IMG/VR virus record: IMGVR_UViG_3300036861_000632
Span: 1-64,000 of that record
Source of the DNA: a virus
DNA: 64,000 nucleotides
Reading direction: 5' to 3' (one strand)
The notes under the pieces were generated by a model that saw only the letters and a list, made by a program, of their open reading frames with translations, was not told the origin of the DNA and did no database searches. The position numbers were made by a program, and so were the translations under genes. Positions 46,608 to 57,033 of this stretch are shown here, in pieces. Numbering within the stretch: position 1 is the first letter of the stretch; each line of letters starts with the position of its first letter.

Positions 46608-47806
46608 AGCAACCCCGCTCTCTTTTCGACCCATGCGGCAAACGCTTCCACCTTCGCCGTGATCTCCGCCATTGCGGCCAGTCCCTTCTCGGTTTCGAGC
46701 GTCGGCAGTTGGATCATGCGGATGGCCACGGCCAGCACCATGAGCTTGTCCTTTTCCGGTGCCATCTTCGCCGCCTCGGCGGCAGCGCGGGCTTTTTTCT
46801 TCGCCTCGTCCTCGGCCCGTTTACGCTCGGCGAGTTCCGCCTCGGCCTTCTCGCGGGCTTCCCGCTCCGCTTTGTTCTTCGCCTCAATCGCCTCGCGTTC
46901 TTTGACAGCAAGTTCCATCGCAGCGTCGCGTTCAGCTTTCACCTTTTTCTCGGCGGCTTCCATTGCGGCCCTCGCCTTCGCCAGTTCCCGTTGCAACAGC
47001 GCGGCGGCTTCGGCCTCGGCGGCGGCACGCTCCTTGTCGGCCTTCTCTTTCGCTTCGCGCGCGGCTTTGGCATCGGCTTCACGTTGCGCCTTCGCTGCCG
47101 CCTCAATCGCCTCGCGTTCGACACGGGCCTTCTCGGCGGCGATGGCGGCGGCTTCTTCGGCGGCCTTGCGGTCGGCGGCAGCCTTTTCCAATTCCGCCTT
47201 CAACCGTTCGTTCTCGATGCGCTGGGCTTCGATGCGGTCGGCTTCCGCCTTGGCCGCCGCCTCGGCATCCTGCTTTTCCTTCAACTCTCGTGCCAGCCGG
47301 ACAGACTGGGCATCCTTCGCGTCCTGCAACACTTTGGCGTATTCCGCGTCGGGCATCTTGCCGAGATCAATCAGGATCGGCCCGCTCAACAGCGGCGTGA
47401 TCTCCGCCGTTCGGGCCACGCGCTTTTCTTCCTCGATGCGCGCCTGTTCGCGTTCCTCGAATTGTTCCTGCTCCAACAGCCGCGTCTCCAGAGGCTCGAT
47501 GGCTTCCTTGAGCTTCTTGGCCGCGCCATCAATCCGCTGCTTCTCGCGCAGGGCGGCTTCGCCAAGCTCCCGGCGCCGGTTCTCGATCTCGACCCGGAGG
47601 TCTTTGAGCGCGAGCCGGGTCTGCCGGGCGAGCTTCATCTCGGCCTTCTGCGTTACGTCCGTGACGGTCAACGTCTCGGCGGTGAGTTTGAATTTCGCGA
47701 CCTTCTGCTCGAAGGATTGCCAGATGTCCGGCAGATCGGCGCGTTTGGTGGGGAGTTCGGCGTCCTTGGGGACGAGTTCAACGGGGGCTTGTTCGGTTGC
47801 GGTCAT
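46604..47806 (-). CDS. Long coiled-coil protein
   Basis: 400 aa of E/A/K/R-rich heptads. Confidence 0.75.
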   Translation of the reverse strand: MTATEQAPVELVPKDAELPTKRADLPDIWQSFEQKVAKFKLTAETLTVTDVTQKAEMKLARQTRLALKDLRVEIENRRRELGEAALREKQRIDGAAKKLKEAIEPLETRLLEQEQFEEREQARIEEEKRVARTAEITPLLSGPILIDLGKMPDAEYAKVLQDAKDAQSVRLARELKEKQDAEAAAKAEADRIEAQRIENERLKAELEKAAADRKAAEEAAAIAAEKARVEREAIEAAAKAQREADAKAAREAKEKADKERAAAEAEAAALLQRELAKARAAMEAAEKKVKAERDAAMELAVKEREAIEAKNKAEREAREKAEAELAERKRAEDEAKKKARAAAEAAKMAPEKDKLMVLAVAIRMIQLPTLETEKGLAAMAEITAKVEAFAAWVEKRAGLL

Positions 47807-47809
47807 AGG

Positions 47810-48826
47810 TCATGTGTGTTTTTCGATTTGGGAAATCAACTCCAACAGGGCGGGTCTGCTGGTCGGAACCTTAGAGAGCGCCCAAGCTTCCAAGGGCTGA
47901 TCCGGCATTATGAATCCCTTGTCGATCGCGTATTGGAACGCCCGATCCTTAAAGGGTTGCAGTTGCGCGATGAACCATGTGCGGGTTGCTTCCGTGGCTT
48001 CTTTGGGCGGGGCGGGCGTTGATGCGGCGGGTTGTGCGGTGGGCGCGGAGGTTGGTGGTTTGCCAGCGTTATTGCACCAAGCGGCGATGGCCGCGCCGTG
48101 AGCTTGCGACATTCTCTCTGTTTCCGGCTTTGGCAGAATCGCACCCAGACTCGGATGGGAAATCTTGGCGTGCGGGTAGGGCATCCGAATCAATCCGCCC
48201 CTGCCTTCTTCCTGATAAGTCTCGAAGGCAATTAAGGCTTCAAAGATCAGCTTTTTGTCGAAAATCGGAAGCGTCGTTTTGCTCGTGACGATCTGCGACT
48301 TGCCCTTGTCGTCTTTGATGAGTTGTGATTTTTCCTCGCCGCGAAAGCAGCCGATGATCGGTATTTTTGCGCGCATCAGCTTGTCTTTGAAAACTTGCAG
48401 TCGCGCCTTGGGTTCTTTCCACGCGCGCCAGCTTGCCGCCTCGCGCTTGGCCCAATCGTTGCCAACCATGCGGTCAAGAATCTCCTCGTGCATCTCAAGG
48501 ACTCCATCGGGGCCGGACCAGAGATGGCTGAGAGAGTCTATGACACCAACGTCGGCGTTGTTCTCCATCGTTTCAATCAGTTCGCAATACCGTTCCGGTG
48601 TGAACGGCGGCTGGAAATCAATGTGGCTGAATCCGCCATCGACCTGATCGGCGCAAAGCAAAGCCCTTCCGTTTTCCGTGTCGCCACAAACAACCCGGCC
48701 CTTGGGTCCGGCCATTCCGCGGGCCATCAAGAGTGCGCTCAGGCTTTTGCCGCCGCCTGTGCCGCCCCAAATGAAGATGAGCGGGATGATCCCCTTGCGA
48801 GCGGCGGGTGTTATTGTGAATGGCAT
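47810..48826 (-). CDS. AAA_24 / Sak4-like ATPase (recombination)
   Basis: GGTGGGKS, DTE, PPFTP and IDSLSHLW. Confidence 0.85.
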   Translation of the reverse strand: MPFTITPAARKGIIPLIFIWGGTGGGKSLSALLMARGMAGPKGRVVCGDTENGRALLCADQVDGGFSHIDFQPPFTPERYCELIETMENNADVGVIDSLSHLWSGPDGVLEMHEEILDRMVGNDWAKREAASWRAWKEPKARLQVFKDKLMRAKIPIIGCFRGEEKSQLIKDDKGKSQIVTSKTTLPIFDKKLIFEALIAFETYQEEGRGGLIRMPYPHAKISHPSLGAILPKPETERMSQAHGAAIAAWCNNAGKPPTSAPTAQPAASTPAPPKEATEATRTWFIAQLQPFKDRAFQYAIDKGFIMPDQPLEAWALSKVPTSRPALLELISQIEKHT

Positions 48827-49494
48827 GAATTTATTGGGGTTGTGAGTGTCCGGGTGTCAGCCCAGCCACGGTAGCTGCGCGCCAGAATCGTCCCGGCTCC
48901 AATTCCTGTTTTGCGCCCCCACTCCGCCGCGGAAAGGGTAACTCCATTCAGCGTGAACAAGTGGTTCGACCGACGGTTGTTGGCTTGAGCCGTGCGGGTG
49001 GCCCATTCGCAATTATCAGGGTTGTATCCGTCATTGTTGTTCTTACGCTCGATGGTGTGTTTTGGGGTTGGCCTCGTTCCCATGTCGGCGAGAAAAGCGG
49101 CGAATGATTTCTGCCATCGGTCGCAAACCGTAATGCCCCTGCCTCCGTAGCGATGATAAACCGGGTTTCTTTTGTCCTGACACCTTTGCCGCATTGATGA
49201 CCAAACCTTCCATTCCGCAGACTTGCCGTTTCTCCTTGAGCAGCAACCGTGAATCAGCTTTCGACTTGACGAGAGTTCGCTCTGGAGGCATCCGCAACTT
49301 GCGATCCTGCCAGATTTTATGTGATCCACGCGGATGAATTTTTCGGTGCCGCAATCGCATCGGCATTTGACCTTTTTCCGCCATGCGGCATCCTTTGTGA
49401 ATTCCCGCAAGATCGTAAGGCGTCCAAATTTACCCTCAATCAACGGTTTAACCCCCGCGCGAGTGGCCGGCTTGATGGTGAATGATTCGCTCAT
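48811..49494 (-). CDS. HNH homing endonuclease
   Basis: FGRLT, CRCDCG, SCGC, YGGRGITVCDRW and TIERKNN.DGY.P.NC.WAT. Confidence 0.9.
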   Translation of the reverse strand: MSESFTIKPATRAGVKPLIEGKFGRLTILREFTKDAAWRKKVKCRCDCGTEKFIRVDHIKSGRIASCGCLQSELSSSRKLIHGCCSRRNGKSAEWKVWSSMRQRCQDKRNPVYHRYGGRGITVCDRWQKSFAAFLADMGTRPTPKHTIERKNNNDGYNPDNCEWATRTAQANNRRSNHLFTLNGVTLSAAEWGRKTGIGAGTILARSYRGWADTRTLTTPINSCHSQ

Positions 49495-50166
49495 CGCCTG
49501 GCTCCTTTCTTCCGTTTCTCCTGCAACTCGACGACGCGCTTGGTCAGCTTTTCGACCTTCTCGCATTCGTGATTCAGCCGTGCCCGAAACACGGCGTTCT
49601 CGGCAATCAGTTCGTCGGCGCGGTTGCGGTTCAGCGCGATTTCATGCCGGAGCGTTTCCACGATGTCGCTGTGCCGCCGTTGGAAGAACGGCAGCGTTTC
49701 GTGGAGCAGCAGGAACCGGCGCGCGAATTCGGTGCGCAAGTGTTCCGAGACGGCATCAATCTGTTTCAGGTCGGCTGCCGATGTCTGGTCGCGGGATTCA
49801 TCGGCGAGGTAGGCGTAGAGTTCTTCGGAGGTGATGAAGGGTTGCATTTGCGGCTTTGACAGTTGCGTGGTTGCGTAGCACTCGTCTGGATTCATGGCTG
49901 CTTTGGGTTTTGGTTCAAAAAGCGTTTGGTCGTTCCAGATTCCGATGTATTTCACTGGTGGGGTTCGCATGTCAGGTTGCTGACTGTAATACGGACGACC
50001 CGTTCCTGGCTACTTCTTTCGCAAACAAAACGGCAGGCTTGAGGCGATTTGCATTCTTCACCACGTCGCCAGCCGTATCAACCACGCAATAACGGCCAGA
50101 TCGCCTGGGTTTCACGTTCTCGCGCAGGCAGATGTTGAGCTTGCCGATGGTGCGGATGATTTTCAT
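49491..50166 (-). CDS. Two hypothetical ORFs (49491..49970; 49972..50166)
   Basis: ORF track and packing. Confidence 0.45.
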
Positions 50167-50612
50167 GTGGCTGGTTCGCCCACCGACCAGTCCGGGTCGC
50201 CATTGGCGTCCGTCTTGATGCCTGGACGGCCGGGGTAATCCGCAAAGGCCGCCCGGCTGTTTTCGGAGAGCGTAAGGCACTCGATGTTGTCCAGCGTGTA
50301 GCCCTTGGTACTATCCTTGCGGTTGATGGAAAAACAGTGGGCCTTCTTGCCGGACATGATCCGGTAGCCCGTGTCGTGCGCGAACTTCTCGAATTGCTCG
50401 CGGGTCAGCTTGAAGTCGTGCCCGCGTTCCTTCGCGCGATTGCGCAGCTTGGCGAAGGCATAGGAGAGCGGATGATTCTCGCGCCACTGACGCGCGCGAC
50501 ATTTGCCGCATTTGGGCGACTTCTCGGACAACTGCACGATGTTCCGGCAGTACTTCGTGCAACACTTCTTGGGGAAGGTTGAGCGGGGGAGATGGATCAG
50601 GGGGCGGGTCAT
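50163..50612 (-). CDS. HNH-like nuclease-fold protein
   Basis: RAKERG..F.LT and SINRKDSTKGYTLDNI..LT..EN. Confidence 0.6.
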   Translation of the reverse strand: MTRPLIHLPRSTFPKKCCTKYCRNIVQLSEKSPKCGKCRARQWRENHPLSYAFAKLRNRAKERGHDFKLTREQFEKFAHDTGYRIMSGKKAHCFSINRKDSTKGYTLDNIECLTLSENSRAAFADYPGRPGIKTDANGDPDWSVGEPAT

Positions 50613-50807
50613 GCGGCTTCTTTCGATCTCGCCAGAATGCGTTGAATGTCCAGATCGTTCGCGCAGGCCGCGAGCATCACCCCATCCGCCTCCGTCAAGT
50701 CGCCGTGCGGTGCTTCGAGCAGTTCAAAATAAAGTCGCGCCTTTGCCAGCACGATTTTTTCTCGCGGGGTCATCTCGGCCATTTGTTTGCGGAAAAAGTC
50801 GGGCATG

Positions 50808-52238
50808 TCAGATGTCACTAGGCACATCGTCGCTGGAGACTTTGGAGGCTGTCTCGAAGCGGGTGAAACTTTTGAGGAAGGTGAAATGCAGGTCGCCACA
50901 GCAGCCATTTCTTTGCTTCGCTATCAGAAGGTTCACCTGCTCGGTGTCACTGTAAATGTCGCCTTCCTCTGCGTTTGGCCGGTACAGCAACCCTACCAAA
51001 TCAGCATCCGCTTCAATCTGGCCAGATTGACGCAAATCGCTGAGTTTCGGCTTTGCGCCCGCCTCTCGTTTTTCGATCTCCCGGTTTAGCTGGCAGAGAA
51101 CCACCACTGGAATATTGAGTTCCTTGGCGAGTCCCTTGATCCCGCGGGAGATGTCGGCGGTTTCCTGCTCCTTGTTCTCGGCACGCCGGTCTGTCGAGTG
51201 CAACAGTTGCAGGTAGTCAACGACGAGCAGCTTGATTCCGTGCTGCTGCTGCATTCTGCGGGCCTTGGCGCGAAGTTGCAGGATGGAAAGCCCGCTGGAG
51301 TCGTCGATGTAGATGGGTGATTCGCCGATCTTTCCGGCGGCGTTGGTGATCCGAGGAAAATCCCGCTCCGCGAGGAATCCTTCGCGCACGTTGCGCACGT
51401 TCACCCGGCCGCAGGAACAGATCATCCGCAGGACAAGTGAATCCGCGGTCATTTCGAGGCTGAAAATTCCGACGGGGAGCTTGAGTTCAAGGGCGACGTG
51501 CTCGGCGATATTCATTGCCATCGAAGTTTTTCCAAGACCGGGCCTCGCCGCTATCACAATCATGTCCCCCGGATGCAGTCCCGTCGTGATCTTGTCGAAA
51601 TCGCTGAACCCGGTGGACAACCCCGTGACGGCGCCTTGGTTCTGGTGATACTTCTCAATCGTATCGACGGCCTTGTGGACGAGTAGTTTGATGGGCAGGG
51701 TGCCGGTGCCGCGATCGCGCTCCTGACTCAGCTTGAGCACATCGGTTTCAAATTCGTCCAGCACTTCGTCCGTCTCGCCCTGATACTCGTAAGCCCGGCC
51801 CACGAACTCCGTGCATACGCGGATGGATTTTCGCAGGACGTACTTGTCCCATACGATGTCGAGATAGTATTCAATGGATGATGCCGACGGCACGGCGTCG
51901 GGCAGGGCGGCGAGATACGAGAGGCCGCCGACGGATTCGAGTTGGTTCTTGTCCTTGAGGCGCTGCGAGAGGGTGACGAGATCAATGGTGATCCGGGCGT
52001 CGAACATGGCGACCAGTTCATCGAAAACGGTTTGGTGTCGAAGGTCGTATAGCTGGTCGCTGTTCTTGATACGCTCGATGGCGATGGGCAGGGAGACGGC
52101 GGGGTCGAGCAAGAGGCAGCCGATCACGGCTTGTTCCGCCTCGGTTGACGATGGGGGAAGTCTTTCAAGGCGCGAGAGATCAATCGGATGATCCCCGCGT
52201 CGGCGCGAGGCTCTAAGGTCTGTGGGTTCGTCGCTCAT
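50808..52238 (-). CDS. dnaB: Replicative DNA helicase
   Basis: AARPGLGKT, FSLEM, VDYLQL, SDLRQSGQIEADAD and IAKQRNG. Confidence 0.97.
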   Translation of the reverse strand: MSDEPTDLRASRRRGDHPIDLSRLERLPPSSTEAEQAVIGCLLLDPAVSLPIAIERIKNSDQLYDLRHQTVFDELVAMFDARITIDLVTLSQRLKDKNQLESVGGLSYLAALPDAVPSASSIEYYLDIVWDKYVLRKSIRVCTEFVGRAYEYQGETDEVLDEFETDVLKLSQERDRGTGTLPIKLLVHKAVDTIEKYHQNQGAVTGLSTGFSDFDKITTGLHPGDMIVIAARPGLGKTSMAMNIAEHVALELKLPVGIFSLEMTADSLVLRMICSCGRVNVRNVREGFLAERDFPRITNAAGKIGESPIYIDDSSGLSILQLRAKARRMQQQHGIKLLVVDYLQLLHSTDRRAENKEQETADISRGIKGLAKELNIPVVVLCQLNREIEKREAGAKPKLSDLRQSGQIEADADLVGLLYRPNAEEGDIYSDTEQVNLLIAKQRNGCCGDLHFTFLKSFTRFETASKVSSDDVPSDI

Positions 52239-53621
52239 TGCTCTTTCCAATTCCTGATGGACAGGAGCCGCCCGGCACCGTCCATCGTGACCACCTTGGT
52301 CAAGCGCAGGGGTACATGCTGAAACGTCGGCAGGTTTTTGTTTCGTGGTCGTGGCACGTCGAAGGAGAACGTGACGTACCAGCGCCGCCGGGCGGTGTAA
52401 ATTTCTTCCAAGAGCAGGCGGACGCCGGGGAATACATGCCGGCAGTGATGGCGGGCGAGACGAATGAACTTTTTGGATTCAGGGATGGTCATGGGTTTGT
52501 TTTGGCATTCAGTTTCCGTCGGTCGCTTTTTGCCGCTTCCGAATACCAGTAGGCCGGGGTGTTTCCAGCCCCAGGCCACCAAGGACGGTAGCCTTCCGGC
52601 GCTCTCTGGATTTCCGGCTTAGGTTTGGTGGCGCAGCTTTTCTCCATTCTGCCAAAGCAGTTGAAATCAATGTCCCGCACGTTGGTCGGTCTGAGCAGAT
52701 CCAGGATCGTCGATTTCAAGGCGCGGTCGCACTTTCGTTTGAATGGATTGCCGCGCACTTGCAGTTCCGCCCGGTTCATCTTTGGAAGCACATGGCCGAG
52801 TTTATTGGTTCTGAACTGACGCATCCACCACAGCAGGCCACGGCTCAAGTTGTCGCCACTGTCCTTGTGCTCCGGCCTGCGTTTGTAAAGCCCGAAGATT
52901 CTTCCCTTTTTGTCCGGCCCATAGGCGTACACCAGCGTTTCATCTGGATCATCCTTTTTCGTTGTTCCCAGCGTATAGAGTTTGCCTCCCTCTTGTCGCC
53001 ACCAGCGCAATGTCCCGGCATCCAATCTGCGGATAAATCGCGCCCGGCCAATGTCGCATTCCAGCTTGACGCCAACCGCCTTGGTAAAGCGCACACCAAA
53101 GCTCAGTTCAATCTGATGCGCGGTGCGGCGCTCCGGCCAGCCGCCCAGGTAGGGAGTGACGCCAAGATACAGCCCTTTGATCGGCGTGGTCAGGCACCAC
53201 GACATGAGGTTCTTGTAATCGTCACTGCCCTGGTTCGGCCAGCCAAAGCGGCGCAGCATGTAACAGGCGAGCCACGGGCCGGGCATTTCTTCGCCGAAGA
53301 CTTCCAAGGCCAGCTTCCCGGCGTCTCCCGCGTGGCCGCTGTCCCACCTTGGTTTATCCGGCGCCGAAGTGATGAAGGATGTTTTTTTGTTCATTGGAAT
53401 TTGCGGTTTAAGGACGCGCCAGTTGAACTTGCCCCCTCAATCAGCCGCACGACCCGCCGCAGGCACCAGACGCAATCGCATTCGCTGAGTTGGCCGAGGT
53501 CTTCCTGCCAGTGCTTGCCGCGCTTGAGCCGTCCGCCGCCGCACAGGGGCAGCCCCGCCTTGGCGATGTGCCGGCGGGCGCGCGGAGAGTTGATACGGCT
53601 GATGAGGTTTAGTCCTGGCAT
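52235..53621 (-). CDS. Three hypothetical ORFs (52235..52492; 52489..53394; 53391..53621)
   Basis: ATGA-coupled ORFs. Confidence 0.5.
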
Positions 53622-53622
53622 A

Positions 53623-54525
53623 CTACTTTCCTTTTTTGATGATCTTCTGCCTGAGTTCTTCGATCTGCTTGGATAGCTGTTTGATTTCAGCCGCCGCTTC
53701 CGGTTTTATCATGTCGTGAAAGGTGCCCGCCGGCCGGAATGTCTTTTTTTCCTCAATGGCGATTTGTTCTTTGATGCGCGCGATCTGCGCCTCCATGTCC
53801 CGCACTGTGGTTTCGTATAATCGTGGTGATTGCGCAGACAGTTGTTTCTTTTCGTAATTGATCGTCCACTTGGTCAGCGCGGAGGAAAGTTTGATGTAGT
53901 AACCGCCCACCCGCCAGCCGTGCATGTCGTAGTGCGCGAAGAACAACTTGAGTTCCTGATCCGGCAAATCCTTCGCCTCCGGCATGGCCCTTACCTCGTC
54001 CAGCGTGGGAATGGTGAACGGGTTTACGGTCGCATCCGGCGGAACGTATTTCACATCGTCGAGCACGCCGGGGTAAAGTTCCCTGAAGGTATCCACCAGC
54101 CCGTGCTTGTGGAGCAGGCCGATGACGGGACGGTGCGTGGAACAGGTTTGCGTGAGCTTGCCGACGTTCTTCTCCGCTTCCTGATTCTCGACCTTCCAGG
54201 TCAGCCACACGAAGGGGATGAACTTGATGAGCCACCATTTGTTGCCGCGAATTATCATCACCTGCTTGCGCGCCTCGCATTTCTCCCCGATCAGATGTTC
54301 CGGGGGCGCGTTGAGTTCTTCGAGGAACGCCTTCCAGTCGATCTTGCGGGGCGGGTCCGTGCGGTGGAAGCCACAGCGGAACTCGGCCAGCTTGTAGTTC
54401 GGTTCCCACACGCCCGCGGCGTCGCAGGTGCCGCGGATGTACTTGAGGAGCAACTTGGAGTCCGGCATCAAACCCATGAACCATTCGTCTTCCCACTCCT
54501 CGGTGGCGGTCGGGCGCTTTGGCAT
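53623..54525 (-). CDS. Phage replication initiator / replisome organiser
   Basis: N-terminal KR.T.T..W.D.WF..L...CD.AGVW; C-terminal PTLDEV...FF.HY...GW.VG; upstream of dnaB. Confidence 0.7.
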   Translation of the reverse strand: MPKRPTATEEWEDEWFMGLMPDSKLLLKYIRGTCDAAGVWEPNYKLAEFRCGFHRTDPPRKIDWKAFLEELNAPPEHLIGEKCEARKQVMIIRGNKWWLIKFIPFVWLTWKVENQEAEKNVGKLTQTCSTHRPVIGLLHKHGLVDTFRELYPGVLDDVKYVPPDATVNPFTIPTLDEVRAMPEAKDLPDQELKLFFAHYDMHGWRVGGYYIKLSSALTKWTINYEKKQLSAQSPRLYETTVRDMEAQIARIKEQIAIEEKKTFRPAGTFHDMIKPEAAAEIKQLSKQIEELRQKIIKKGK

Positions 54526-54570
54526 ACGCTATACGCATTGCCGATTTTGGTTGTGTGCGGACATGGCAGC

Positions 54571-54822
54571 TTACGTTGTGATGGCCTTCTTGAAGACCGG
54601 CATGAGTCCGCGCCGGAGATACTTTTCGAGCACGTATTTTTGCGTGACTTTCGGATCGTTGGCGGTCCCGCCCGCCTCGATGTTCTCGTGCTTGAAGGCC
54701 GCGAGCAGCATTTCGCGCACGGGTTCGCTCGCCTCATAGCAGAAGATGAACCGGCCGTCGGGCGTCTTGGAGAACGGCTTTTTGTCGTTGTTGCGGGAAG
54801 ATTTCTCCGAATCGGTTGGCAT
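54571..54822 (-). CDS. Small putative DNA-binding protein
   Basis: 83 aa, preceded by an AT-rich gap containing a palindrome. Confidence 0.4.
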   Translation of the reverse strand: MPTDSEKSSRNNDKKPFSKTPDGRFIFCYEASEPVREMLLAAFKHENIEAGGTANDPKVTQKYVLEKYLRRGLMPVFKKAITT

Positions 54823-54870
54823 GGGTTTGTTAATACAGTTTTGTATTACCAGCAGGCAATCAAATTGTGC

Positions 54871-57033
54871 TCATGCCGGCGGAATTCTCCACGGACCTTC
54901 CGCGCCGCACTGCTCGCAGCGGAAATTATCGTCCGATTGCTTGTGATCGCAGTTCCAGCAGTGGCAGAAGCCGGGGTTGCGGTTGGATGTCCACCTTCCG
55001 GGTGCATCGTCGGATACGAACTCGATGTTCAGCCCTGTCCGCCTTGGAGCGTTCCAGCCCAGCCAGCTTTTCAAGCGATTCAGGAATTCTAGGATCACGG
55101 TTTCGCTCCTGTGTTCAGATGGCTTTCGATGACCACCGGCACGATGTCCGCACCGCGATACTTCCCGTCCGCAATCCGGCTGGCCATCGTGCGGTCGTCG
55201 CGCACGTCGGAAGCTTTGATTGCCTCCGCGGCACCAGTGAACTCCGCCAGTTCCTTCGTGCCGAGATATAGAACGGCAGGCCAGCGTCCGGTGTCGCCGA
55301 AATGGCGGAGTATCCGCTTGTCCACCCGCGAGAAGAATTTTCGGGCTTCGTCGATGGTCATGGGATGAATTGGCTGATGTGGTGCATCGTTACGGGTTCG
55401 TCGTGCGGGTATTCGTGGGCTTTCGCTTCGGCAAAGGTATAGCGGCCCGCCTCATCAATGCGGTCGGTGTAGCCATTGGCGTTTGGGCGATAGAATAGCC
55501 CGCGCTTTCTGACGACGTAGCACCTCCGGCCCCATATTGTAAGTCGCACTCCAAGCATCGGAATCGGGAAGATGTAGAGGGCGCGCTTCTTTGAGTCCCA
55601 GAACAGGCCAACCCAAAAATCGTACCAGCAAAACAGGGGTTTAATCTTCACAGCAATTCCTTCTGTTCCATCCTCACCCCCGACCGCTCCAGGCATTTCG
55701 GGTGGAAGCGGGCTTCGAGTCTGCCCTTGGTGAAGCGGACTGGCAGGACATCTGCCGCGATGAGTTTGTGACACCACGAACACCAGCAGCCGTGTCCGCC
55801 CGCTTTGGGGCTGTCGATATACCAGTGAATCTTTTCCTCCTCGATGCACTTCGGGCAGATGGCCCAGTTCGGGCCGCGGACAACGATGAGGACTCCGGTT
55901 TCACGGTTGCATTTTGGACAAGTCATTTTCGCCGGCAGCAGAATTTGAACTTCTTTCCGCTGCCGCAACCGCACGGCGCATACAGGCGAATTTGCATGTT
56001 GGCTTCTTCGCGTTTGGTGAGGTCGCGTTTTACCGGGATGTATTTTGCGCGCTCGGCTGGCGGCATTCGCTCCAGCTTTGAGGCGTTCACGAGTTCTCCT
56101 GTTTCGATGTTCATTTGATATGCTTCATCCATTCTTCCTCGCCGCTGGCTTTGATGAGCCATTCCTTGAGGACGTTGATTGCATCGGCACGGTTCATTGA
56201 CGAGATGTAGGTGAGCCGGTTATTGTCGCCTTCGCCGTATGGCGCGACGAGCAATATGAAGCCGTGGTTATCCGGCAGCTTTGCGTTGACCGCCTTTGCT
56301 GCTTCCTTGAGATATTCCCTGTCCATTATTTCCCCTCCGATGCGGGCGTCTCGGAGGTGATGTTTTCGGCCGCCCACTTTCGCATCCGCACCCAACGCTC
56401 TCCGGGGGTTTCGATCTGGCGGCAGGCTTCATCATTCATGTAGGCAATCTCCGCCGCCATACAGCGGGCGACTCCGATCTTTCGCGCTACTGAATCCTGG
56501 TCTTCGTAATCGACACGGCTCACGTCGATGGCGCGGGCCTTGCAGACTGCTCCAATGGCACAGCATCCGCCCCGCTCATCAATGAGTTCTTGAGCAATCA
56601 ACGCCTTTTCCGGCATGGCGTCCAGCGTCGCGACCAGTTCGCGCAAGAACGCCTGTCCGCGTTGGCCACGCAATGCGCGACTCACGCTGGCGCGATACAG
56701 TTCAACGTTTTCGCAGTCGTCAGAGTATCCACTTCGGCTCATAATTTTGGTCTGGTTTGGGGTTTATGCAGGATGCGTTGCCTCGTGAAAACTCATCGCT
56801 GGAAAATGCGGGGGCAGTCCGCCGATGAAGGACAGGAAGATTGGCTGGCCGGCGGCGATCTGAAGTATCTCCTGCGGGGATGGCTGCCACGCGACCACGA
56901 CGATCTCTTTGCCGTCAACACAACCGCCGCGCACTTGTCCGACATAGGCATGGAGCCTTGAGCACTGCGATTCATCGAGGTCGGCCGGCGGGCCGAAGAC
57001 GGTGTTGGATTCGGGAAATTCGGCGGGGTGCAT
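54871..57033 (-). CDS. Run of small early genes (54871..55098, 55095..55361, 55358..55651, 55648..55926, 55923..56114 SEC-C, 56111..56326, 56326..56742, 56764..57033)
   Basis: Mostly coupled starts and stops; SEC-C motif PCGCGSGKKFKFCC; several zinc-finger motifs. Confidence 0.6.

Noticed and set aside
45567-47900. Long plus-strand ORFs (777 aa here; also 33888..35789, 9069..10274, 27791..29254, 29999..31195)
   Set aside because: They are antisense shadows of well-supported minus-strand genes in GC-rich DNA and have no motifs.
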